Counted from the stretch's first letter, positions 44,503-55,206 are shown. The stretch is DNA of 64,000 nucleotides from Chitinophagaceae bacterium (GCA_031368105.1 JANLQY010000121.1:7975-71974); one strand, 5' to 3'. The notes: generated by a model from the sequence alone, not told the origin. Numbers and translations are program-made.

Positions 44503-45948
44503 ATGATAAAAAAATTAGACAAACTTATACTGAAGTCTTTTATCGGGCCATTTGTGGTTACTTTCTTCATTGCATTATTTGTGCTGATGATGCAGAGCCT
44601 GTGGAAATACATTGATGACCTGGTAGGAAAAGATCTTGACTTCTTCACCATCGGGCAATTTTTATGGTATGCCAGTGCTTCCTTATTGATCCTTGCTATC
44701 CCCATTGCGATATTAATTTCTTCCATTATGACATTTGGAAATTTGGGAGAAAGTTTTGAATTGGTGGCCATCAAATCTTCCGGTATTTCGCTGCTTCGTT
44801 TTATGCGGCCCTTAATTTGGTTTTCCATTTTTCTTTGCGGCCTCAGCTTTTTCTTTGCCAATAATGTGATCCCATTTGCCAACCTGAAATTTAAAACTAT
44901 TTATTACGACATCGTTTATAAAAAACCTGCCCTGGATTTAAAAGAAGGAAGATTTTATACACAAATACCCGGCTACGCCATTAAAGTTGGTAAAAAAGAT
45001 AAAGACCAGAAAACCATTCGCAATGTGGTGATATTTGAACAGCAGGGTCAGTTGCAGGACAACAGTATTGTTGCCGAAAAAGGTACCATGAAAATTTCTG
45101 CTGATAAAAGATACCTGGAATTTAGTTTAGAAAATGGCTACCGCTACCAGGAACGTGGCAACATTGGAGATACCGGCACAGAGTTTATTAAACTGGGTTT
45201 TAAAGAATACAAGAAACTGTTTGATGTATCGTCGCTGCAAATGAAAAAAACATCTGATACTGTTTTCCAGAATGACTCAAAAATGCTGAGCATCCGGCAG
45301 CTGAATAAAAATATTGATTCATTAAAAAAAATTACTGACAGTTTTGCAAAGCGATTAAAGAAAGAAGCCAGTTTGCAACTGCACTATACCAATTCGCCAG
45401 ACAGCGCCTGGAAAAAAGCTGTACCCAGTAACAAAAAAATAAAAAGCGTTGACGAATTAATTCCTGACTCCGCTAAACTTACTGTATTTGAAACAGCCAT
45501 CACTACCAGTAAGAATTTAAAAAGCACTTTCCAGTATATCGGTGCTGAATGGGAAAACAAAAAATTAGACGCCCGTTTTAGTGAGATTGAATGGCATCGC
45601 AAATTTGCATTTTCACTGGCCTGCCTGGTGCTTTTTTTTATTGGTGCCCCACTGGGCTCTATAATCCGGAAAGGCGGTCTGGGTATGCCATTGGTAACAG
45701 CCATCATCTTTTTCATCATCTTTCATTTGCTCAATATTTTTGGGGAGAAATTTGCAAAAGAAAATATCACTTCTGTGTTTTTCGGCATGTGGCTTTCCAT
45801 TTTTGTGTTGATCCCCATAGGCATTTTTCTTACTTACAAAGCCATGCATGATTCCCAATTATTCAACAAAGAATTTTATTACCGCTTCTTGAAACGGTTA
45901 AAAAAAATACCACCCACAGTTGTTAATAAGCAAGACGTTAAGGAATAG
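44503..45948 (+). CDS. LptF/LptG-family (YjgP/YjgQ) permease
   Basis: The typical N-terminus MIKKLDKLILKSFIGPF is at 44503. Three TMs are followed by a large periplasmic loop and three more TMs. The track start at 44479 is a TTG. Confidence 0.85.
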   Translation: MIKKLDKLILKSFIGPFVVTFFIALFVLMMQSLWKYIDDLVGKDLDFFTIGQFLWYASASLLILAIPIAILISSIMTFGNLGESFELVAIKSSGISLLRFMRPLIWFSIFLCGLSFFFANNVIPFANLKFKTIYYDIVYKKPALDLKEGRFYTQIPGYAIKVGKKDKDQKTIRNVVIFEQQGQLQDNSIVAEKGTMKISADKRYLEFSLENGYRYQERGNIGDTGTEFIKLGFKEYKKLFDVSSLQMKKTSDTVFQNDSKMLSIRQLNKNIDSLKKITDSFAKRLKKEASLQLHYTNSPDSAWKKAVPSNKKIKSVDELIPDSAKLTVFETAITTSKNLKSTFQYIGAEWENKKLDARFSEIEWHRKFAFSLACLVLFFIGAPLGSIIRKGGLGMPLVTAIIFFIIFHLLNIFGEKFAKENITSVFFGMWLSIFVLIPIGIFLTYKAMHDSQLFNKEFYYRFLKRLKKIPPTVVNKQDVKE

Positions 45949-45978
45949 TTTGATTAAATTTATACTAAAATATTTTTT

Positions 45979-46713
45979 ATGAAAAAGTCATCGAGGAGAA
46001 AATTTATTATTTCATCTGCAACTGTTGGTATTGGTTCTATGCTTGCCACACCTGCCCTTGGAAAATTATTCGCTGCCGGCACGTCTGCATCAACCATCAC
46101 CAATATTGGTTTCGACCAGCAACCATTGGCCTACGCCTACAATGCACTGGAGCCATCCATTGATGCCATGACAATGGAAATACATTACACCAAACATGCA
46201 GCGGCCTACTGTAAAAATGTAAAAGAAGCTGCATTGGCAGAAAAAGTGGATACAAAAAAAACACTGGAAGAAATGCTGAATAACATTTCAAAATATTCTG
46301 TAAAAATGTGTAATAATGGAGGCGGTCATTACAACCATGAACTATTCTGGAAAAGCCTTACACCAAAAGCCGGCACACAGCCTTCAGAAAAATTACTGAC
46401 TGCCATCAATAAAGAATTTGGTTCTGTGGATGCTTTTAAAACAAAATTTTCGGATGCTGCCAAAGCAAGATTTGGAAGCGGCTGGGCCTGGCTGTTAGTG
46501 AACAGTGATAAAAAATTAATCATCAGCTCCACTCCTAACCAGGACAATCCCCTGATGGATATTACAGAAGTAAAAGGCACGCCACTATTCGGACTGGATG
46601 TGTGGGAACATGCTTATTATTTAAAGTATCAAAACAAAAGGGCGGATTACATTGATGGATTTTGGAAAGTGCTGAACTGGGATTTTGTGTCAGAAAGATT
46701 TAGCAATATTTAA
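45979..46713 (+). CDS. Fe/Mn-family superoxide dismutase with a Tat-like signal peptide (second copy)
   Basis: It begins MKKSSRRKFIISSATVGIGSMLATPALG and contains MEIHYTKH, GGGHYNHELFW and DVWEHAYYLKYQNKRADY. Confidence 0.9.
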   Translation: MKKSSRRKFIISSATVGIGSMLATPALGKLFAAGTSASTITNIGFDQQPLAYAYNALEPSIDAMTMEIHYTKHAAAYCKNVKEAALAEKVDTKKTLEEMLNNISKYSVKMCNNGGGHYNHELFWKSLTPKAGTQPSEKLLTAINKEFGSVDAFKTKFSDAAKARFGSGWAWLLVNSDKKLIISSTPNQDNPLMDITEVKGTPLFGLDVWEHAYYLKYQNKRADYIDGFWKVLNWDFVSERFSNI

Positions 46714-46732
46714 TTGGGCACAATGCAACCTG

Positions 46733-47254
46733 ATGCATAAACATTTTTTTCTTTTTATTTCAATTGGCACATTGGTGATGTTAATTATGATGGCAAAAAC
46801 TGGTGCCACATTAAAAACTGCTGCCACTCCAAAAGGCATACTAGACCTGGAATTTGCTTACAACAGCGATAAAGCAACTACTGTAATAAATACCTGGCAG
46901 GATGATGGCAAAACCGATAATATTGCTGCTGCAAAATTCAATACCAGGTTAGATTTTATTTTCCTTCTTTTTTATGCTGCTTTTTTGTACCATGCCTGCA
47001 AAATGGTTGCAGGAAATTATAAAGGCACCGTAGCTACTGCAGGAATATTACTGGCCTACGGGGGCATTGCTGCAGGCCTATTAGATGTATTTGAAAACAT
47101 CGGGATGCTGCTTACACTTCATGGGCATATCAGCAATTCCATTAGTTTGGCAACCGTTATTTTCTCTGTGGTGAAATGGCTGCTGGTATTGGCTGCACTG
47201 ATTTATTTTGTAATTGGCGGTGGATGGTTTCTTGTTAAGAAAATTATTTCATAA
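46733..47254 (+). CDS. Hypothetical multi-pass membrane protein
   Basis: There are four or five hydrophobic segments. The ATG at 46733 is preferred because the track start overlaps the SOD 3' end. Confidence 0.45.
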   Translation: MHKHFFLFISIGTLVMLIMMAKTGATLKTAATPKGILDLEFAYNSDKATTVINTWQDDGKTDNIAAAKFNTRLDFIFLLFYAAFLYHACKMVAGNYKGTVATAGILLAYGGIAAGLLDVFENIGMLLTLHGHISNSISLATVIFSVVKWLLVLAALIYFVIGGGWFLVKKIIS

Positions 47255-47503
47255 CATTTACAGCACTTCCTTAAATTGACTCAGCCTTTGCAGTAGAAGT
47301 ACATTCTGTACAACTAAAACAAAGGCTGATAAATTGGCAATCAATCTTAAGCAAATATAGTGAGGCAATTATCATTGCAGCAAAAAAAAATCAGTTTTGG
47401 CAAATCTTTTTATTTTACAAAAACTACCTGTTTTGCCTGTTCAAAATCACTTAATTTTACCAGCTCAATATTTCTTTTTTTCAAAAAAATAATTTTCATC
47501 ATT

Positions 47504-48871
47504 ATGCAAGTTTGGAAAGATTACCAGGAAAAAAATAAGGACCGTTTTTTAAATGAATTACTCGACCTGTTGCGGATACCAAGTATCAGCGCCAAGACGG
47601 AGAACAAGGCAGACATGATAACCTGTGCCGAAGCAGTAAAGCAAAGACTGGTGGAAGCAGGCGTTGACAAAGTGGAGATTTATCCTACAGACGGCCACCC
47701 GGTGGTGTATGCAGAAAAAATAATTGACCCTTCCAAACCAACTGTACTGGTATATGGCCACTACGATGTGCAGCCGGCAGAACCTTTAGAGCTTTGGAAA
47801 AGTGGCCCCTTTGATCCGGTAATTATTGATGGTAAAATATTTGCCCGTGGCAGCTGCGATGATAAAGGCCAGGTGTACATGCATGTAAAAGCATTGGAAA
47901 CAATGGTACAGACCAACACCCTTACCACCAATATAAAATTTTGTATTGAGGGTGAAGAAGAAGTTGGATCACCTAACCTGGGTAAGTTTGTAGCAAGCCA
48001 TAAAGAGCTGTTGAAAGCAGATTGTATTTTAATCAGTGATACTGCCATGCTGAGCATGGAGAACCCAAGTATTGATACCGGCGTACGTGGATTGAGTTAT
48101 ATAGAAGTGGAAATAACCGGGCCAAACCGTGACCTGCACAGTGGTGTGTACGGCGGTGCTGTTGCCAATCCAATTACTATTTTAGCAAAAATGATTGCCA
48201 GTTGCCATGATGAAAATAATCACATTACTATACCGGGGTTTTATGATGATGTGGTGATGGCTACAGATGAGGAAAGAAAATTAATGGCGGCTGCACCTTA
48301 TAATGAAAAAGAGTATGCGGCTGATTTGGGTGTGGTAGAATTGTGGGGAGAAAAAGGATTTACCACCAATGAAAGAACCGGCATCCGGCCTACATTGGAG
48401 CTGAATGGCATTTGGGGCGGCTACCAGGGTGAAGGAGCTAAAACAGTGTTGCCAAGTAAAGCATCTGCAAAAATTTCTACCCGGCTGGTACCCAATCAAT
48501 CATCCCAAAAAATAACGGCAAAATTGCTGGAGCATTTTAAAAAAATTGCACCGCCCAATGTTACCGTATCTGCATTTGAACACCATGGCGGCGAACCCTA
48601 CATGACACCGATTGACAGTAAAGCATACAAAGCAGCAGCCAAAGCAATGGAAACAACTTTTGGTAAAAAACCAATTCCTGTTCGTGGCGGTGGCAGCATT
48701 CCTATTTGTTCATTGTTCGAAAAAGAACTGGGAATTAAAATTGTATTTATGGGTTTTGGATTAGACAGTGATAACCTGCACAGCCCGAACGAAAAATTCA
48801 ATATTGAAAACTATTATAAAGGCATTGAAACCATTCCTTATTTCCATCAATATTTTGCGGAGATGAGTTAA
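47504..48871 (+). CDS. M20-family dipeptidase
   Basis: It begins MQVWKDYQEKNKDRFLNELLDLLRIPSISA (at 47504) and contains GHYDVQP, ARGSCDDKG, IEGEEEVGS and HSPNE. The upstream 48 codons of the track ORF look non-coding. Confidence 0.9.
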   Translation: MQVWKDYQEKNKDRFLNELLDLLRIPSISAKTENKADMITCAEAVKQRLVEAGVDKVEIYPTDGHPVVYAEKIIDPSKPTVLVYGHYDVQPAEPLELWKSGPFDPVIIDGKIFARGSCDDKGQVYMHVKALETMVQTNTLTTNIKFCIEGEEEVGSPNLGKFVASHKELLKADCILISDTAMLSMENPSIDTGVRGLSYIEVEITGPNRDLHSGVYGGAVANPITILAKMIASCHDENNHITIPGFYDDVVMATDEERKLMAAAPYNEKEYAADLGVVELWGEKGFTTNERTGIRPTLELNGIWGGYQGEGAKTVLPSKASAKISTRLVPNQSSQKITAKLLEHFKKIAPPNVTVSAFEHHGGEPYMTPIDSKAYKAAAKAMETTFGKKPIPVRGGGSIPICSLFEKELGIKIVFMGFGLDSDNLHSPNEKFNIENYYKGIETIPYFHQYFAEMS

Positions 48872-48919
48872 GCGGATTTTGTTTTCATTTGCTTTGTATC
48901 AAATACCATTTTATTAAAT

Positions 48920-48955
48920 AGCCACTGTCAATGCTGAAAGTGGCTAATTTTTTTT
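48920..48955 (+). terminator. Rho-independent terminator after the M20 dipeptidase gene
   Basis: AGCCACT-N11-AGTGGCT is followed by AATTTTTTTT. Confidence 0.7.
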
Positions 48956-48979
48956 GATCAAGCGTCTAATATTCTAATC

Positions 48980-50020
48980 TTAATCCATCACTTCATACAG
49001 CAGCATCGCCGTCGATTTATTTTTCAAAATCACTTCCCCCACTTTGCGGCAGTTGAATGATTCTTTTACTTTTTGATAAGCCGCTTCATTGATGACAATC
49101 TGGCCTTCTTTAGCAGCCGATTGCAGCCGCTGTGCAATGTTTACGGTGTCCCCAATCACAGTGTAATCGAGTCTTTTCAAATTTGCCGAACCAATATTTC
49201 CAGAAATCATTTCGCCGGTATTGATGCCGATAGAAACCTGCGGTGTAAAAGAAATATTATCAGACAATGCAGGCAAACTTCTTATTTTACTTCTTACTGC
49301 AAGGCAGGCATCAATGGATCTGTCTAAATGATATTCGCCACGAAAAACGGCCATGATGGCGTCGCCAATAAATTTATCAATGTAGCCACCCTGTGCAATA
49401 ATTTCCTTCACCATCACATCAAAATAATTGTTCAGCAGTTTCACCACCACATCCGGCATTTCATTTTCACTGATAGAAGTAAAGCTGCAGATGTCAATAA
49501 AAACCACCGTTGCATCTACCGTTTCATTTGCCATTAATGAAGATTCAAACTCACGTCCACCCATAAATTTCAGCACCGTTTCATCCACATACATTTTAAG
49601 AATATTATTTTCTTTGATTGCTTTGAGTGTTTCTTTTATTTGTGCAACATGCCGGAGTGTTTTATCCATCGTCAGTGAAAGGTCTTCAAAATTGATGGGC
49701 TTGGTGATAAAGTCAAATGCACCCCGGTTCATAGCCGTACGGATATTTTCCATATCGCCATAAGCAGATACGATTACCGATTTTATCAACGGGCTTGTTT
49801 CTCCCAACCGGCTCAGCAATGTAAGGCCATCCATTTCCGGCATATTAATATCACTCAATACAATATCCACATCCGGGTTTTGCTGAATTTTTTCCAACGC
49901 ATCCTTTCCATTTACTGCAAAGATGAATTCATATTGCTGCTCCCTTATCTTTTGGCGGAATTTCTGTTTGATGAGCATTTCCAAATCAGCCTCATCATCA
50001 GCCACTAAAATTTTTGCCAT
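48980..50020 (-). CDS. Response regulator: receiver domain fused to a class III adenylate/guanylate cyclase domain
   Basis: The receiver reads ILVADDE...VLSDINMPEMDG...SAYGD...KP. The cyclase reads ATVVFIDICSFTS...IDKFIGDAIMAVF...IGINTGEMISGNIGS...DYTVIGDTVNIAQRL. Confidence 0.9.
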   Translation of the reverse strand: MAKILVADDEADLEMLIKQKFRQKIREQQYEFIFAVNGKDALEKIQQNPDVDIVLSDINMPEMDGLTLLSRLGETSPLIKSVIVSAYGDMENIRTAMNRGAFDFITKPINFEDLSLTMDKTLRHVAQIKETLKAIKENNILKMYVDETVLKFMGGREFESSLMANETVDATVVFIDICSFTSISENEMPDVVVKLLNNYFDVMVKEIIAQGGYIDKFIGDAIMAVFRGEYHLDRSIDACLAVRSKIRSLPALSDNISFTPQVSIGINTGEMISGNIGSANLKRLDYTVIGDTVNIAQRLQSAAKEGQIVINEAAYQKVKESFNCRKVGEVILKNKSTAMLLYEVMD

Positions 50021-50394
50021 CAGGATATTATTTTAAGTTTTTCTTTTAGTAAAGTAAAGTCAACCGGCTTGGTTAAAAAATCATCGGCACCCAATTGTTT
50101 GGCAATGTTATAATTTTCAGCATCGCCGTAAGCAGTAATCATCATTACAACCGGCGGGGGTTTAGAATATTTCTGTTTGATATGCCCAAGCAGGTCGAGC
50201 CCACTCATGCCCGGCATATTAATATCAGAAAGAATCAGCACTGCTTCATGCTCATGCTGGTTAAGATAGATAAGTGCTTCTTCGCCAGAGAAAGCAAAAA
50301 CAAATTTTATTTCATTGTTCTTGATCTCTTTGCGGAACCTTTGTTCAAAAAGCACCTGTACATCTTTTTCATCGTCAACTACTAAGATTTTCAT
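50020..50394 (-). CDS. Single-domain response regulator (receiver only)
   Basis: It reads KILVVDDEKD...ILSDINMPGMSG...TAYGD...TKP and is 124 aa. Its stop overlaps the start of the cyclase-RR gene by 1 nt. Confidence 0.9.
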   Translation of the reverse strand: MKILVVDDEKDVQVLFEQRFRKEIKNNEIKFVFAFSGEEALIYLNQHEHEAVLILSDINMPGMSGLDLLGHIKQKYSKPPPVVMMITAYGDAENYNIAKQLGADDFLTKPVDFTLLKEKLKIIS

Positions 50395-50410
50395 TTGCTG
50401 AATGTATGAT

Positions 50411-52669
50411 TTATATAGGTAAATTAATAATAAATACCGAACCTTCTCCTTCTTTTGTTTCTACTTTTAATTCTCCGCCGTGCCCCTTGGTAACAATATC
50501 ATAACTCAGGCTCAAACCCAACCCTGTGCCTTGTCCTGTTGGTTTTGTTGTAAAGAAGGGTTGAAAGATTTTATCCATTACTTTTTGTGGAATACCATTG
50601 CCGTTATCGGTAACTCTTATTTCAGCCCCCCTGCCTCCGCTGGTTAGGGGATTCAAAAGCCTTGTACTAACGGTAACAATTGGCTCATAACCGGGAATGT
50701 TTAATTTCTTTTTTTCATCCACCACATAAAAAGCATTGGTGAGCAAATTCAATATTACTCTTCCAATATCCTGCGGAATGATATTTACTTTTCCGATTGA
50801 ATTATCAAAATCAGTTTTCATTGTTGCATTGAAAGATTTGTCCTTTGCTCGTAATCCATGATAACTTAACCGTAAATATTCATCACACAAAGCATTGATA
50901 TCTGTTGGCTCTTTGTGTCCACTGCTGCTGCGGCTGTGTTGCAGCATACCTTTTACAATGGCATCGGCCCGTTTACCATGGTGGTTTATTTTTTCTGAAT
51001 TTTATTCAATGTCATTTGCAAGAGCATTCACCACATTCATATTGCCCTTAATTACTTCACTCCTTAATTCCTTAATTAATTCACTGTTCACTTCGCTAAA
51101 ATTATTTACAAAGTTTAATGGGTTCTGAATTTCATGTGCAATGCCTGCGGTGAGTTCGCCAAGGCTTGCCATTTTTTCTGATTGTATTAACTGAGACTGG
51201 GTTGTCTGCAAGTCTTTGATGGAACCCTCCAATTTTGATTTTTGCAGATCGATCTCCTGCTTCTGCTTTTTAAGAAGATCGTATGATTTTTGCTTTCTCT
51301 GGTTATTCCGGTAAACAATAACTCCAATTACGAGGGCAACAAGTCCAAGAGTTATCATTCCGTACAATCGTAGCTTAGCTGCATATTGATCATCTGATAT
51401 TTTTTTAGCCTGAGCAATATCATCCTCTCTTTGCTGTTCTGCTAATGCCATATTCTGGATCTGCCTGCTGTTCTCATCATTATAAAGAGTTTTATAGGCT
51501 TCAAAACCGATCTGTTGATAATGATAGGCAGAGTCGGTGTTATGTATTTTCTGAAAATACGCTGTTATTAAACTACTTGATTCTGAGATATAAGGTAAGA
51601 AGCCTTTGTCCAATGCAGTACCCAGGCATAACCTGGCATACATTAAACTGGAATCAGCCATTCCCGTTTTATTGAAATACCTAGCAAGGCCAATGGTGGT
51701 GGCACAGTAATTCAAATACTGAATTTGGACTGTTGTAAAATAGACATAACTACGACGCAGGTAGTCTATTGCCAGGCTATCTTTTCCTAATTGATCGTAG
51801 ATCATGCCAAGATCATTCAATACACCGCCATAAACTTTATCCTCACTGCCATAGAATTTTACAGCCAGTTTGTAAGCAAGATCAGCATAATGACTGGCCG
51901 AATCATTTTGCTGCTCCAATAAATATGCTTTCGAAAGATCAACATGAATGAAAATATGTATGAAGGCATTTTTTTCACCGTAATTTTTTGCCTTATAAAA
52001 ATACTCTATAGCCCTTTTAGTATCTTTTGTTTCTCCATAAGTGTGTGCTATCTGGTATAAGGCATTTTCTATGGCTGAACTGTCTTTCTTTTCTTCATTG
52101 AGATGCAATATGACAAATAGAACCTGGAGTGCTTTTGGATAATTACCCATATCAGTGCAGGCTTGAGCAAAAGTGGCCATAAATGCCAATGAGTCTATTT
52201 TATTATCACGGCTTATTGAAAGCATCTTCTCATAGTAAATGAAAAAGGAATCTTTGATAAAATAACCGCTCTCAGAGCTGATATATGTTCTCAATACAGC
52301 AATTTCCTGGTCGGCAAAATGGTGCTGCCTCGATTTATAAAGGGCTTCTTGCAGAAGTAAATGAGCGCTGTCTACATTATGATATTTTGACAATGTAAGT
52401 GCTAATCGCCTCAAACACACAATTTCCTGTTTTAAAAATCCTCTTTCACGGGCTATAGCCAGAGCCCTTTGATATACTATAAAAGCGGTATCATTATTCA
52501 GGAGATCAACCTGGTAATACCTTCCTAATTCCAGTAGTGTTGCCACTTTTATAGAATCTGAAGGAGGGTTTACGATCAGAGCCCTCAGGCTGTCAGATTT
52601 TAAATCCTGCCCGTTTAGTTTCATAAGGATAAGCAACATCATTAGTACACTCCAGGATAATTTTCTCAT
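50411..52669 (-). pseudogene. TPR-type sensor histidine kinase interrupted by one in-frame TAA (51002-51004)
   Basis: ORFs 51002-52669 (signal peptide, TPR-like repeats, TM, H-box) and 50411-50947 (N/G boxes) are in the same frame. Reading through gives [29 protein letters not shown], where intact paralogs have [30 protein letters not shown] (TCC Ser in all three). Confidence 0.8.
50625..50651 (+). repeat. Degenerate GC-rich palindromic element embedded in-frame in the kinase CA domain
   Basis: GCCCCCCTGCCTCCGCTGGTTAGGGGA encodes (antisense) NPLTSGGRGA at the position where the 52672 and 56088 paralogs have a shorter GDKV segment. Confidence 0.5.
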
Positions 52670-52671
52670 AA

Positions 52672-54684
52672 TTAAATATTAGTATTTGGTAAAAGTATTG
52701 TGAATGCAGTTCCATCTTTTTCCATCGTTTCTACTTTTATTTCCCCACCATGTGCTTTTACAATATCATAACTCAATGATAAGCCCAATCCTGTTCCCTG
52801 CCCAGTTGGCTTGGTGGTAAAGAAGGGTTGAAAAATTTTATCCAAAACTTTTTGAGGAATGCCGTTGCCATTGTCCGCAATTTTTATTTCAACTTTATCA
52901 CCGACTTTTTTTGTGCTGATTGAAACAGTTGGTTCATAGTTTTCAACTCCTAATTTCTTTTTTTCATCCACCACATAAAAAGCATTTGTCAATAAATTCA
53001 AAACTACTCTTCCAATATCTTGTGGTATAATATTTACTTTTCCAATGCTGTTATCGAAATCGGTTTTTATAGTGGCGTTGAAAGATTTATCTTTTGCCCT
53101 TAATCCATGATAACTCAATCTTAAATATTCATCGCACAAAGCATTAATATCTGTTGGTTCTTTTTGCCCACTGCTGCTTCTTGAATGCTGCAGCATTCCT
53201 TTCACAATCGCATCGGCACGTTTGCCGTGATGATTTATTTTTTCTGAATTGGACTCAATATCATTTGCAAGAGCTGCCACTTCATCCATGTTGCCCTTAA
53301 TTACTTCACTCCTTAATTCCTTAATTAATTCTGCATTTACTTCACTAAAATTATTTACAAAGTTTAACGGGTTCTGAATTTCATGAGCAATGCCGGCGGT
53401 AAGTTCTCCAAGGCTTGCCATTTTTTCTGATTGGATGAGTTGTGATTGGGTGGACTTTAGTTTATCCAGCGTTTGTTCCAGTTGGTCTTTTTGTTTTTGT
53501 ACCAATCTTTTTGCATGCTGTTCCTTCCTTTTACTGCGCCAAAAAATAAAAGCCAAACCCATTAATACAATTGCCATTGCACTAATAAAATATAATATCA
53601 TCCGGTTTTGAAAAGCAGTTTTCTGCGCTACCAGTTCCTTTTGCCGCTGCATGTCATTATAGGCCATACTTTGTGCCTGTTCTACCACTTTATCACCATA
53701 CAAGCTATCTTTTAAATTATAATAACGTACCAAATAAGAGAGTGTACTATCCGTGTTGGGTAAAGCACGGTAGTATCCGACCATTAAAGCCAATGCGTTC
53801 ATCTGCTCGGTCAAATTTTCTGTTCTTGCAATAGTATAAACCTCGGAGGCAAAGTAAAAGGCAGAATCCATCTTTCCCAATTGCATGTAGTAAGCGGCAT
53901 TGCGGGAAGCTATTCTGCTTTTCATTTCAGAATTTCGAATGGCAAAAGGCATCAGGCTCGCCTGCCGGTAATACTGTAAGTTATTTTCTTTATCATCTAA
54001 ACCACTTAAACTCAAAAGGACAATCGGTATATTAGGTTCAAGATTTTTCTCTACAGCCAAACGATAGCTTTCCAGATAATAGGCTAATGCGGAATCTTTT
54101 TTTTGATCCTGCATGAACATACGGCCTAAATTATTCTGATCAAAGCATGCAAATAAGTAATCATTGCCTTGTCGGGCATACTCCAGGGCTTTTGTCATAT
54201 AGTGCCTCGACATTTGTTTATTGTTTGGATAACAGTTACCCAAATTGTTATAAGCTATGCCAATAGCCTGTGCATTACCTGTTGCTTCCGCCTTTTCCAG
54301 CGACTCATAAATCATTTTAAGTCCCCCGGCTGTATTTCCGTTTCTGGAAGTAATAAAACCTAACTCTGCCATCAATACAGCCTCCAGCACTTTATCTTTT
54401 CTTTTCTGTGCCCCCTCTAAAATATGCCGGTGATAATAGAGAGATTTCTCAGGCGTAAGTTCGTCGGAGTTAGCTACAATATCATAAAACATTGCAATCT
54501 GGTCTGCTGGTTTTGGTGCCATCCATAATAGTAGCAACACACTATCCCGGTTAAGTAGCAAAGGATGGCTGCTTTTTTTAGACAAAGCAACAGCAGTTAG
54601 ACTATCAACATATTTTTTTGGAAAAATTTGAGCTTTTCCAATAATCGTTATCAGCAGAAAGCAGGCAGAGAAAAATAGTTTCAT
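52672..54684 (-). CDS. Sensor histidine kinase: signal peptide, TPR-like extracytoplasmic domain, one TM, HisKA, HATPase_c
   Basis: It starts [19 protein letters not shown]. The TM is [20 protein letters not shown], the H-box is [19 protein letters not shown], and the ATP-binding boxes are [15 protein letters not shown] and [14 protein letters not shown]. Confidence 0.9.
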   Translation of the reverse strand: MKLFFSACFLLITIIGKAQIFPKKYVDSLTAVALSKKSSHPLLLNRDSVLLLLWMAPKPADQIAMFYDIVANSDELTPEKSLYYHRHILEGAQKRKDKVLEAVLMAELGFITSRNGNTAGGLKMIYESLEKAEATGNAQAIGIAYNNLGNCYPNNKQMSRHYMTKALEYARQGNDYLFACFDQNNLGRMFMQDQKKDSALAYYLESYRLAVEKNLEPNIPIVLLSLSGLDDKENNLQYYRQASLMPFAIRNSEMKSRIASRNAAYYMQLGKMDSAFYFASEVYTIARTENLTEQMNALALMVGYYRALPNTDSTLSYLVRYYNLKDSLYGDKVVEQAQSMAYNDMQRQKELVAQKTAFQNRMILYFISAMAIVLMGLAFIFWRSKRKEQHAKRLVQKQKDQLEQTLDKLKSTQSQLIQSEKMASLGELTAGIAHEIQNPLNFVNNFSEVNAELIKELRSEVIKGNMDEVAALANDIESNSEKINHHGKRADAIVKGMLQHSRSSSGQKEPTDINALCDEYLRLSYHGLRAKDKSFNATIKTDFDNSIGKVNIIPQDIGRVVLNLLTNAFYVVDEKKKLGVENYEPTVSISTKKVGDKVEIKIADNGNGIPQKVLDKIFQPFFTTKPTGQGTGLGLSLSYDIVKAHGGEIKVETMEKDGTAFTILLPNTNI

Positions 54685-54689
54685 ATTGT

Positions 54690-54880
54690 TTTTTAGTAAT
54701 TGGTAATTGAATAATAAATGTTGTTCCTTCTCCCTCTTTCGTCTCCACTTTTATTTCCCCGCCATGTGCTTTAATAATATCATAACTCAAACTCAATCCC
54801 AATCCTGTTCCCTGCCCGGTGTGTTTGGTGGTAAAGAAGGCTTGAATATTTTATCCAATACTTTTTGTGGAATGTATTTT
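54690..54880 (-). pseudogene. 3' remnant of a fifth histidine-kinase paralog (G2 box to C-terminus), frameshifted
   Basis: The reverse complement reads [12 protein letters not shown], then (after a 1-nt loss relative to the paralog sequence TTCCAACCCTTCTTT) [48 protein letters not shown]. Nothing homologous to the H-box or sensor lies upstream. Confidence 0.7.
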
Positions 54881-54996
54881 TTCCAATTGCAAAATTTGAA
54901 GTTTCAAAATCACCCGTAAAATAGTTACAAAATTTGCACCTGCGGTTTTTTATTTTTATTGCCGATAGCAGTTATTAATTATAATCTATCCATTTC

Positions 54997-55206
54997 AACC
55001 TCAGCACTTCGAATTTGTACTTCAGCACTTCAAAATATTACCTCACAACTACAAATCCATACCTCAGCACATCAAATTAGTTCCCCGGAAGTACAAACCT
55101 GTACTTCAGAACATCAAACTTGTACTTCGGAACATCAAACTTGTACTTCGGAACAATAAATTAGCAGTTCCGAACTACAAATTAGTACTTCGGAACTACT
55201 AATTTG
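54997..55206. repeat. Ten tandem, degenerate 21-bp repeats (consensus about TACTTCGGAACATCAAACTTG)
   Basis: Unit boundaries are at 55018, 55039, 55060, 55081, 55102, 55123, 55144, 55165 and 55186, so the period is exactly 21 nt throughout. Units at 55102, 55123 and 55144 are near-identical. Units at 55081 and 55165 carry the core in inverted form (CCGGAAGTAC, GTTCCGAACTAC). Confidence 0.9.

Noticed and set aside
47270-47335. A long-range inverted repeat TCAGCCTTTG...CAAAGGCTGA downstream of the membrane protein gene.
   Set aside because: It has a 10-bp stem but a ~34-nt loop and no following U-tract. It could be a weak terminator, but it is not convincing enough to annotate.
16086-51004. TAA reassigned as a sense codon, to explain the two in-frame TAA codons at 16086-16088 and 51002-51004.
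   Set aside because: TAA clearly terminates many well-delimited genes in this window (guaB, the LTD gene, the OmpA-family gene, glmS and the hydrolase itself), so global reassignment is not tenable. The two cases are kept only as pseudogene, error or local read-through candidates.
54959-55159. A 66-aa plus-strand ORF (…TSEHQTCTSEHQTCTSEQ) that might encode a repeat protein.
   Set aside because: Its periodic sequence is just the translation of the 21-bp tandem DNA repeat (21 nt = 7 codons). It starts at a TTG, has no signal or other protein features, and the repeat degenerates at the DNA rather than the codon level.
54997-55206. A possible CRISPR array.
   Set aside because: The repeats are directly adjacent with no spacers, the units are only 21 bp and degenerate, and no cas genes are nearby.
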